Of a stretch of DNA of 64,000 nt, positions 20,519 through 28,325 are shown piece after piece. Numbering within the stretch: the first letter of the stretch is position 1; every line of letters starts with the position of its first letter. The DNA comes from Desulfuromonadales bacterium. Its GTDB lineage: Bacteria > Desulfobacterota > Desulfuromonadia > Desulfuromonadales > SZUA-540. The translations under genes and the position numbers were made by a program. The notes beneath the pieces were generated by a model. It ran no database searches, was not told the origin of the DNA, and saw only the letters and a program-made list of their open reading frames with translations. The DNA is taken from contig JAWSUS010000002.1 of the NCBI GenBank assembly GCA_033549025.1, positions 250,539 to 314,538 of the forward strand. Reading direction: 5' to 3'.

Positions 20519-22054
20519 GTGCTGGAACAAATCGACATGTCCATGGTGAACTGGGCGCGCGGGCAGTTTGCCCTGACCGCCATGTTCCACTGGATCTTCG
20601 TCCCCTTGACCTTGGGGCTCTCTTTTCTGCTGGCTTTTTTCGAGAGCCTCTATGTCAAGACCGGCGATGAACAGTGGAAGCGCCTCACCAAATTCTGGAT
20701 GCGGCTCTTCGCCGTCAATTTTGCCATCGGCATCGCCACCGGCATTATTCTCGAATTCGAATTCGGGACCAACTGGTCTAACTATTCCTGGATGGTCGGC
20801 GACATCTTCGGCGCACCCCTGGCCATCGAAGGCATTTTCGCCTTCTTCATCGAGGCGACCTTTTTCGCCGTCATGTTTTTCGGCTGGGATCGGGTCTCGA
20901 AGAAATTCCATCTCTTTTCCACCTGGATGGTGGCCGTCGGCTCCAACCTGTCGGCCCTGTGGATTCTGGTGGCCAACGGCTGGATGCAGAATCCCGTCGG
21001 CATGAAGTTCAACCCCGACACCGCCCGTTTCGAGATGGAGAACTTCTGGGAAGTTCTCGGCTCGCCCGTCGCCATCGGCCACTTCACTCACGCCACCAGC
21101 TCCGGCTTTCTGCTCGCTTCCCTCTTTGTGGTCAGTATCTCCAGCTGGTTCCTGCTCAAAAAGCGGCATGTCGAAATGGCCAAACGCAGCATCATGGTGG
21201 CGGCGGTCTTCGGGCTTGTTTCCTCGGCCTACGTCGCCTTTACCGGCGATGAAACCGCCTATACGGCCGCCCAGGTGCAGCCCATGAAACTGGCCGCCAT
21301 CGAAGGGCTGTACCAGGGGGAGGAAGGGAGTTCGCTGGCGGCGGTCGGTCTGCTGCGGCCGGATATGCAGCCGGGGGACGACAAGGATCCCTACATCTTC
21401 GCCATCAAGATCCCCTATCTGCTCTCCCTGCTGGCCAACCGGGATCCCAACAGTTTCGTCCCCGGCATCAACGACCTGGTCTACGGCAACCCGGAGCAGA
21501 ACATCGTCGGGGTCAATGCGCGCATGATCGAGGGCAAAACCGCCATCGAGCAGCTGGCCCTCTACAAGGACGCCCGGGGCAACGGGGATGAGGTGGCCGC
21601 GGCCGCAGCCCTCTCCCGCTTCGAGGCCGTCAGCGCCAACCTCGGCTACGGCTATCTCAGCCGCCCCGAGCAGGCCGTCCCCCCCGTGGCTCTCAATTTT
21701 TACAGCTTCCGGGTCATGGTGGCGCTGGGCACCTTCTTCCCCCTGCTCTTTCTGGCCACTCTCTTCTTTACCTATCGTGGCACCATCGCCAACCAGAAAT
21801 GGCTGCTGATGGCGGGGGTCGTCTCTCTCTTCCTCGGCTACATCGCCCAGGAAGCCGGCTGGATCGTGGCGGAAGTCGGCCGTCAGCCCTGGGCCATTCA
21901 GGGGCTGCTGCCGGTGCACGTCGCCACCTCCAATCTCACCACGGGTACGGTGCAGACCACCTTCTTCATGTTCCTGGGTCTTTTCACCCTGCTGCTGATT
22001 GCCGAAATCCGCATCATGCTGAAGCAGATTCACATCGGACCGGAGGGGAAATAA
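20519..22054 (+). CDS. cydA: Cytochrome bd ubiquinol oxidase subunit I
   Basis: QFALTAMFHWIFVP, EFEFGTNW, QPMKLAAIEG, GRQPW. Confidence 0.95.
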   Translation: MLEQIDMSMVNWARGQFALTAMFHWIFVPLTLGLSFLLAFFESLYVKTGDEQWKRLTKFWMRLFAVNFAIGIATGIILEFEFGTNWSNYSWMVGDIFGAPLAIEGIFAFFIEATFFAVMFFGWDRVSKKFHLFSTWMVAVGSNLSALWILVANGWMQNPVGMKFNPDTARFEMENFWEVLGSPVAIGHFTHATSSGFLLASLFVVSISSWFLLKKRHVEMAKRSIMVAAVFGLVSSAYVAFTGDETAYTAAQVQPMKLAAIEGLYQGEEGSSLAAVGLLRPDMQPGDDKDPYIFAIKIPYLLSLLANRDPNSFVPGINDLVYGNPEQNIVGVNARMIEGKTAIEQLALYKDARGNGDEVAAAAALSRFEAVSANLGYGYLSRPEQAVPPVALNFYSFRVMVALGTFFPLLFLATLFFTYRGTIANQKWLLMAGVVSLFLGYIAQEAGWIVAEVGRQPWAIQGLLPVHVATSNLTTGTVQTTFFMFLGLFTLLLIAEIRIMLKQIHIGPEGK

Positions 22055-22055
22055 T

Positions 22056-23192
22056 ATGTTCGGAAATCTTGCGCATAGCCAATTGCAGCAGCTCTGGTGG
22101 ATCATCGTCGCCACCGTGGGCTCCCTATTTCTCTTCATGACCTTCGTGCAGGGGGGACAGACCCTGCTGGCCACCGCCGCCAGGACGGAGGAGGAGAAAT
22201 CCCTGGTCATCAACTCCATCGGCCGCAAATGGGAACTCACCTTCACCACCCTGGTCCTCTTCGGCGGCGCCTTTTTCGCCGCTTTCCCCCTCTTCTACGC
22301 CACCAGCTTCGGGGGTGCCTACTGGGTGTGGATTCTCATCCTCTTTACCTTCATTGTGCAGGCGGTGAGCTTTGAATACCGTCGCAAGCCGGGCAATCTG
22401 CTGGGAACCAAAACCTACGACGCCTTCCTCTTCATCAACGGCAGCGTCGGCCTGCTGCTGATCGGAGCCGCCGTTGCCACCTTCTTCAGCGGCTCCAATT
22501 TTCAGCTCAGCGCCTACAACTCGGTCACCTGGCAGCACCCCCTGCGCGGTCTGGAAGCGGCCTTCAGCCTGTTCAATCTCTCCCTCGGCATCTTCCTGGC
22601 CTTTTTGGCCCGCATTCTCGGCGCCATGTACCTGCTCAATCATATCCACCACGATTCCCTGGAGGAGCGTCTCCGCAAAGCCGCCTTCAACAATCTGCTG
22701 TGCGCCCTGCCGTTCCTTCTCTATTTTCTCGGCCGCCTCCTGGTCATGGACGGCTATGCTGTGGAGCCGCAGACAGGGGCCGTCGCGCTGGTCGCCGGCA
22801 AATACCTGAGCAATCTGCTGGCCATGCCCCTGGTGCTGATCCTGCTGCTGGCCGGCTTGGTTCTGGTGGTGGCCGCCGTGGCCCTCACCCGCTTTTCGCC
22901 GCGACGCAGCGGCATCTGGCTGGCGGGCCCCGGGACCGTCTTCGTCGGCCTCGCCCTCTTCTTCCTGGCCGGCTTCAACCACACGGCTTTTTACCCCTCC
23001 AAATTTGACCTGCAGAGCAGCCTGACCATCGCCAACGCCTCCAGCAGCCACTACACCCTGACGGCCATGAGCTATGTGGCGATCGCCGTTCCCTTCGTGT
23101 TGGCCTACATTGCCTATGTCTGGCGACTGATGGACGCCCGCAAACTGACCGTGGACGACCTGCAGGGCGAAGAAGCCGAAGACCTTTACTAG
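22056..23192 (+). CDS. cydB: Cytochrome bd ubiquinol oxidase subunit II
   Basis: GRKWELTFTTLVLFGGAFFAAFP, SSLTIANASSSHYTL. Confidence 0.93.
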   Translation: MFGNLAHSQLQQLWWIIVATVGSLFLFMTFVQGGQTLLATAARTEEEKSLVINSIGRKWELTFTTLVLFGGAFFAAFPLFYATSFGGAYWVWILILFTFIVQAVSFEYRRKPGNLLGTKTYDAFLFINGSVGLLLIGAAVATFFSGSNFQLSAYNSVTWQHPLRGLEAAFSLFNLSLGIFLAFLARILGAMYLLNHIHHDSLEERLRKAAFNNLLCALPFLLYFLGRLLVMDGYAVEPQTGAVALVAGKYLSNLLAMPLVLILLLAGLVLVVAAVALTRFSPRRSGIWLAGPGTVFVGLALFFLAGFNHTAFYPSKFDLQSSLTIANASSSHYTLTAMSYVAIAVPFVLAYIAYVWRLMDARKLTVDDLQGEEAEDLY

Positions 23193-23204
23193 GAGGATAT
23201 CGCT

Positions 23205-23297
23205 ATGATTGCTGTACTCGTTATCGGCTGGTTTGCCGTTATTCTGGTCTCCTACAAAGGGGCTGAATGGCTGCTGAAAAAGACCGACCTGCTGTAA
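23205..23297 (+). CDS. 30-aa single-TM protein, putative small cytochrome bd subunit
   Basis: AGGAGG RBS overlapping the cydB stop; MIAVLVIGWFAVILVSYKGAEWLLKKTDLL*; hairpin follows at about 23306-23336. Confidence 0.75.
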   Translation: MIAVLVIGWFAVILVSYKGAEWLLKKTDLL

Positions 23298-23504
23298 GTT
23301 GTTTCGGCGAAGAGGAGCTTGCCGCTCCTCTTCGCCCCATTCCATCTCACTTGCGCTCCACCCGTCCCCCAAAGACCCTCCACCTGGCCCTGATTCACCG
23401 TATTTTTAAGAGGTTGCAAAAAATCCTCCGGACAGCTAGTCTATGGGGGTTTTTTGCGTGTCGGTGACAAAGGCCGGCGACTCAGCACCAAGGAGGAAAG
23501 TTCT

Positions 23505-24209
23505 ATGCCGTATGTACGTAATGTGGCCGCAATGGCTTTTCTTGTCCTGCTGGCCCTGCCCCTGGCGGCAGCGGCGGAAACCCGCTACGTGTCCGATCAG
23601 CTCGTTGTCACCCTGCGCCAGCAGCCGGCGGATCAGGCCGAGGTGATCACCACGATGCGCACGGACACGCCCCTCGAAATCCTGGCCGATCAGGGGCGCT
23701 ATCTTCAGGTGAGAATCCCGTCCGGGGAAAAAGGCTACGTTCTCAGTCAATATGTTACCACTGAGCTGCCCAAACCCCTGATTATCGATCGGCTGCAAAA
23801 TGAGCTGGCCCAGCTTCAGCAGAAGCTGGCTGTGGCGGAAAAAGCCCGCGACGCCGCCATAAACGAGCAACAAACGATCCAGGCGACCCTGACGGAAGAA
23901 AGCCAGACCACCGAACAGCAGGTGACCGAGCTGCAAACCGCCCTGGACCAGACCCGCGGTGAACTTCAGGAGGCCACCGAGCGCTACGATACGCTGCTGG
24001 CCAACTCGCGTGAAGTCGTCAACATCACCAACGCCCGCAACCAGCTGGAAGAGGACAACGCCCGTCTAAGCGCCGAGATCGAGACAATCCGCCAAGAGAA
24101 CAAGAAGCTGCTGACTACCGGCATGATCCAGTGGTTCCTGGCCGGTGGCGGCGTTTTTCTGATCGGCTGGCTGGTCGGAAAACTCTCCCGCAAGAGAAGA
24201 AGCTTCTGA
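23505..24209 (+). CDS. SH3-domain membrane-anchored protein (YgiM/TIGR04211-like)
   Basis: Signal peptide, ETRYVSD, coiled coil, WFLAGGGV TM segment, basic tail. Confidence 0.85.
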   Translation: MPYVRNVAAMAFLVLLALPLAAAAETRYVSDQLVVTLRQQPADQAEVITTMRTDTPLEILADQGRYLQVRIPSGEKGYVLSQYVTTELPKPLIIDRLQNELAQLQQKLAVAEKARDAAINEQQTIQATLTEESQTTEQQVTELQTALDQTRGELQEATERYDTLLANSREVVNITNARNQLEEDNARLSAEIETIRQENKKLLTTGMIQWFLAGGGVFLIGWLVGKLSRKRRSF

Positions 24210-24312
24210 CGGCCACAGACGGCCGTCCTCCCTGTCTGACGCAGGAAAGCATTGACTTTCCGCAAACACTGTGTTAACCAAGCAATCCAACGTAAAAGGA
24301 GAGCTTCACGTG

Positions 24313-24408
24313 ATGTTTTCCGGCAAAGGGCACAACATGGCAGCGGCGGCAGCCGCGGCGAAGGCGGCGGCAATCGGCCGCACCTGTGCCCATCTCTTTG
24401 CTGGCTGA
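24313..24408 (+). CDS. Putative alanine-rich leader peptide
   Basis: AGGAG RBS; MFSGKGHNMAAAAAAAKAAAIGRTCAHLFAG*; 10 Ala in 11 consecutive codons. Confidence 0.75.
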   Translation: MFSGKGHNMAAAAAAAKAAAIGRTCAHLFAG

Positions 24409-24434
24409 CCGCAAGCGGTCCTTGAAAAGCGAGC

Positions 24435-24472
24435 AGGCCATGGGCGCAGTCGTCCATGGCCTTTTCATATTT
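24435..24472 (+). terminator. Attenuator terminator upstream of the aminotransferase
   Basis: 12-bp stem AGGCCATGGGCG/CGTCCATGGCCT followed by TTTCATATTT. Confidence 0.75.
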
Positions 24473-24524
24473 AGCTGATTTTTCGCCGCAGGGCGACGCC
24501 ACTACCAAGACGGGGAGATAGGTT

Positions 24525-25835
24525 ATGCGCAACAATATTGTGCACATCGGCGCCGGAGAACTGACTTACGAGATCCGGGCTATTGTCGAGATTGCCGAGA
24601 AGCTGAACAAGCTCGGCATGAAAACGAACATGGAAAACATTGGCGATCCTATCGCCAAGGGTGAGAAAATCCCCGACTGGATGAAGAAGATCGTCGCCGA
24701 TCTGGCCATGAAGGACTGCTCTTACGGCTACTGCCCGACCCGGGGCGTGCTGGAGACCCGTGAATTTCTGGCCGAGTTGACCAACAAGCGCGGCAAAACG
24801 CAGATCAGCGCCGACGACATCCTTTTTTTCAACGGCCTCGGCGACGCCATCCAGAAGGTCTACGGCTTCCTGCGCCGCGAGGCCCGCGTCATCGGCCCCT
24901 CGCCGACCTACTCCACCCACTCCTCCGGCGAAGCGGCCCACGCCGGGCAAAAGCCGGTCTCCTACCGGCTTGATCCCGACAACAACTGGTACCCCGACCT
25001 GGACGATCTGCGCCTGTCGATCAAATACAATCCGGCCATCGCCGGCATCCTCATCATCAACCCCGACAACCCCACGGGCGCCGTCTACCCCGAGCGCATT
25101 CTCAAGGAGATGATCGCCATCGCCAAAGAGTATGACCTCTTCATCATCTGTGACGAGATCTACCACAACATCGTCTACAACGGGCAGTCGACCAAGCCCA
25201 TCTCCGACCTCATCGGCGACGTTCCCGCCATCGCCATGAAAGGGATCAGCAAGGAAGCACCCTGGCCGGGGGCACGCTGCGGCTGGATCGAGGTCTATAA
25301 TGCCGACAAGGATCCCGTCTTCAAACAGTACGTGCAGAGCATCGTCAACTCCAAGATGGTCGAGGTCTGCTCCACCACGCTGCCGCAGAAGGCCATTCCG
25401 CCCATCCTGAGCCACCCCAAGTATCCGGCCTATCTCGAAGAGCGCAAGAGCCGTTACGAGAGATACTCCAACATCGCCTACGACCTGCTCAAGGAAGTGC
25501 CCGGCATCAAGGTCAACCGTACCAACGGCGCTTTCTACATGAGCATCGTCTTTGAAAAGGGCCGACTCAACGACCGCCAGAGCCTGCCTATCGAAATTCA
25601 GGAAGTCAAAAACCTGGTGGAAGGCCTGGTCGACCAGCCCGGCGTCTCGCTGGATAAGCGCTTTGTCTATTACCTGCTGGCCTCCACGGGCATCTGCGTC
25701 GTCCCCATTTCCTCCTTCTGCACACCGGAAATGGGCTTCCGCATCACCCTGCTCGAACGCAATGAAAAAGAATTCACCAGCATTTTCGAACGCATCGGCG
25801 CCAGCATTACCGCCTATCTTCAGTCCGCGCCCTAA
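24525..25835 (+). CDS. Class I PLP aminotransferase, AlaA/alanine transaminase-like
   Basis: TYEIR, NIGDP, INPDNPTG, DEIY, GISK..PGARCGW. Confidence 0.85.
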   Translation: MRNNIVHIGAGELTYEIRAIVEIAEKLNKLGMKTNMENIGDPIAKGEKIPDWMKKIVADLAMKDCSYGYCPTRGVLETREFLAELTNKRGKTQISADDILFFNGLGDAIQKVYGFLRREARVIGPSPTYSTHSSGEAAHAGQKPVSYRLDPDNNWYPDLDDLRLSIKYNPAIAGILIINPDNPTGAVYPERILKEMIAIAKEYDLFIICDEIYHNIVYNGQSTKPISDLIGDVPAIAMKGISKEAPWPGARCGWIEVYNADKDPVFKQYVQSIVNSKMVEVCSTTLPQKAIPPILSHPKYPAYLEERKSRYERYSNIAYDLLKEVPGIKVNRTNGAFYMSIVFEKGRLNDRQSLPIEIQEVKNLVEGLVDQPGVSLDKRFVYYLLASTGICVVPISSFCTPEMGFRITLLERNEKEFTSIFERIGASITAYLQSAP

Positions 25836-25886
25836 TGGAGAGCCGGCCCTCGGGCCGGCTTTTTCGTCGCCGCTGAAAGGGAGTCC

Positions 25887-27245
25887 ATGACGACCTTCAT
25901 CAAACCCAACCTGGAGCAGAGCATCGACTCTCGACAGGATCTCGTCGCCTACCTTTCCCGCGGTGCCAAGCCGCGGGAGAGCTGGGGCATCGGCGCCGAA
26001 ATGGAAAAACTGGTGGTCGACGCCGAAACGGGCCAGGCCGCTTCCTATGACCGTATCAGGGCCCTGCTTGAATCGCTGCTGGCTGACGGCTCCTGGGTCG
26101 GCATTTACGAAGGTCCCCATCTCATCGCCCTGAAAGACGCCTCCTCCTCGGTGACCCTGGAGCCAGGCGGCCAGCTGGAACTCTCCGGCGCCCTCTGTGC
26201 GGACATCCATTGCTGCCAGCAGGGATTTTCCCGTCATATCGACGGCATCATCGGCGCCGGACGCACCCTCGGGCTGCGTTTTCTCGGTCTGGGCGTACAG
26301 CCCTTCAGTCGCCTGGAAGAGATCGGCTGGGTTCCCAAGGCCCGCTACGATATCATGGGGCCCTACATGCAGCGCACGGGCGACATGGGGCCGCGCATGA
26401 TGAAGCAGAGCGCCGGCCTGCAGGTCAACCTCGACTACAGCAGTGAGGCGGACTGTTTCCGCAAACTGCGTCTGGCCTTTCAGCTCTCCCCGCTCTTCTA
26501 CGCCCTCTTCGCCAATTCCCCCCTTATGGACGGCAGGCCCAGCGGCTTCCTCTCCACCCGGGGCGAAATCTGGGCGCGCACCGATGCCGACCGCAGCGGC
26601 CTGGTCCCCCGCCTGCTCCTGCCGGGAGCCACCTTCGAGGACTACGCCGACTACGCCCTCGAGGTACCGATGTATTTCATCATTCGCGATGGGAAGTATG
26701 TCGATTTCACCCGGGAGCGCTTCAGCTTTCGTCGTTATCTCGAGGAAGGCTTCGGTCTCCATCGTGCCACCCTGGGCGACTGGGATCTGCATCTCTCCAC
26801 CCTCTTTCCCGAGGCGCGCCTGCGCCCGCAAATCGAGATCCGCACCGCCGACAGCCTTCCTTCCCGGACGACCCTGGCGGTGGCCGCCCTGGTCAAAGGG
26901 CTCTTTTACGATGACCAGGCCTTCGCTGACAGCCAGGCCCTCTTCGACAGGGTGGATTTCGACACCCTTACCTCTGCCTACCGCCAGTCCTGGCGTCTCG
27001 GGCTGCAGACCCCCTTCGGCGCCGGCACCCTGCAGACCCTGGCCCGCGACATTCTGGCTATTGCCCGCGACAGCCTACAGCGACAAAAAGCTCTTGATGA
27101 AAGCGGTCAGGATGAAACCCTCTACCTGCGGGAAATCGACGAAATCGCCCTTACGGGCAAAACCCTGGCCGAGCGCCTGCTCGCGCGCTGGCAGGGCTCT
27201 CCTGCCGACAAGCTGCACGCCCTCTATGACCATTGCGGCTTCTGA
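25887..27245 (+). CDS. gshA: Glutamate-cysteine ligase (GCS2/plant-type)
   Basis: GIGAEMEK, VTLEPGGQLELSG, PKARY, QVNLD, HLSTLFPEARL, IEIRTAD. Confidence 0.85.
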   Translation: MTTFIKPNLEQSIDSRQDLVAYLSRGAKPRESWGIGAEMEKLVVDAETGQAASYDRIRALLESLLADGSWVGIYEGPHLIALKDASSSVTLEPGGQLELSGALCADIHCCQQGFSRHIDGIIGAGRTLGLRFLGLGVQPFSRLEEIGWVPKARYDIMGPYMQRTGDMGPRMMKQSAGLQVNLDYSSEADCFRKLRLAFQLSPLFYALFANSPLMDGRPSGFLSTRGEIWARTDADRSGLVPRLLLPGATFEDYADYALEVPMYFIIRDGKYVDFTRERFSFRRYLEEGFGLHRATLGDWDLHLSTLFPEARLRPQIEIRTADSLPSRTTLAVAALVKGLFYDDQAFADSQALFDRVDFDTLTSAYRQSWRLGLQTPFGAGTLQTLARDILAIARDSLQRQKALDESGQDETLYLREIDEIALTGKTLAERLLARWQGSPADKLHALYDHCGF

Positions 27246-27350
27246 CCCGGCCGCCCGACTGTCCAAGTGCACAGTCCGCTCCTGTTTCCCTGCAAGCCCA
27301 TCTTTACGCATCGACACGTAGGCATCCCTGGTTAGAAGGGATAGAGTCAG

Positions 27351-27472
27351 AACCATCAAAGGCTTGTTGTGGCAGGCGAGCCGGCGATACAAACCTCCTT
27401 TCGTTACCTCTGTTGGTTATCGGGCCGGTCAAAAGGGATGCCTCCCCCACTTGACCGGCCCGAAATCTTTTC
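27351..27472 (+). ncRNA. Putative sRNA copy 1
   Basis: TAGAGT -10, AAACCTCC motif, 13-bp stem with GGGATGCCTCCCCC loop, TCTTTTC tail. Confidence 0.55.
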
Positions 27473-27590
27473 AGCTCCACCTGCGGCGATCGCCCCGACT
27501 GCGCAAAAGCACAGTTCACCAGCGTGGCTTCTTGTCCCAAGGTTTACGCAATGGCACGTGGAAAAGCGTGACGCCACCCGGTATAGTCAT

Positions 27591-27712
27591 AACCATCAAA
27601 GGCTTGTTGTGGCAGGCGAGCTGGCGATACAAACCTCCTTTCGTTATCTCTGTTGGTTATCGGGCCGGTCAAAAGGGATGCCTCCCCCACTTGACCGGCC
27701 CGAAATCTTTTC
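27591..27712 (+). ncRNA. Putative sRNA copy 2
   Basis: TATAGT -10 and the same elements as copy 1. Confidence 0.55.
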
Positions 27713-27831
27713 AGCCGCCCTCGCGGCGCTTCCCCCCCACTGCACAAAAGCACAGTTCAGCTGCGTGGCTCCTTATCCCAAGGTTTACGCAATGGCACGT
27801 GGAAAAGCGTGACGCCACCCGGTATAGTCAT

Positions 27832-27950
27832 AACCATCAAAGGCTTGTTGTGGCAGGCGAGCTGGCGATAACTTCTTCATTGAAAACCTCCCGAACGCTC
27901 AAGGCCGAATGCAGGGATGCCTCCCCCTGAATTCGGCCTTGCGTCTTTTC
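27832..27950 (+). ncRNA. Putative sRNA copy 3 (diverged)
   Basis: Same 5' end and loop, different stem CAAGGCCGAAT/ATTCGGCCTTG, TCTTTTC tail. Confidence 0.55.
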
Positions 27951-27995
27951 AGGCTCTGAAATTTGCGGCCATCCGAGTTTTCGCTGGCAGATCCC

Positions 27996-28024
27996 TTGAA
28001 AACGGGGTGCTTTCCTGCTTCAAT
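27996..28024 (+). promoter_or_regulatory. Putative sigma70 promoter (native tkt promoter, now upstream of the omegaRNA)
   Basis: TTGAAA-17-TTCAAT with extended -10 TG. Confidence 0.4.
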
Positions 28025-28056
28025 GGAGCAGAACCCGCACCCCGCAAGGAGACGCC

Positions 28057-28325
28057 GTCAATCACCCCTGACTGAAGTCAGAGGCTTGTAACAACAAGTC
28101 TGGATTGACCAGGCACAGCCACCAGCGAGAGGTCGCTGACGGGGCTACGTTGGAAACGAAATAGGCACCTGGAATGCCCTCCCAGTTCCAGGCTCTGCGG
28201 TAGCCGGTTAAAAGACGTTCAGGGTAAAGCGTCAGTGCCGTCTACGTTAAACCGTTTCACAACCTTGCCGAGGGAGACTTTACCGCCGCAAGGCGAGAAA
28301 GCCGGGATAACCCGGTACTTAAAAG
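28057..28325 (+). ncRNA. omegaRNA (HEARO-like) scaffold
   Basis: GTCAA...TTGAC pairing, CTACGTT, CCTGGAATGCCCTCCCAGTTCCAGG hairpin, ACCTTGCCGAGGGAGACTTTACC; directly upstream of iscB. Confidence 0.85.

Larger units (their letters stand above)
27303..27952 (+). repeat. Tandem array of about 240-bp period, three units, each a putative promoter plus sRNA plus terminator
   Basis: AACCATCAAAGGCTTGTTGTGGCAGGCGAGC at 27351, 27591 and 27832; 27351-27590 is nearly identical to 27591-27831. Confidence 0.9.

Noticed and set aside
27552..27567. sigma54 promoter TGGCACG in the repeat units (and TGGCAC at about 63943)
   Set aside because: GG-to-GC spacing is 11 in the repeat and 9 near the tRNA, not the required 10.
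27075..27930. ORFs through the repeat, or a type I toxin on the minus strand
   Set aside because: The translations simply mirror the repeat; the minus-strand AAGGAGG abuts the TTG with no spacer, and no conserved hydrophobic peptide is seen.
27303..27952. CRISPR array next to a Cas9-like nuclease
   Set aside because: The period is about 240 bp with near-identical intervening sequence and no unique spacers; no cas1/cas2; the nuclease is IscB with its own omegaRNA.
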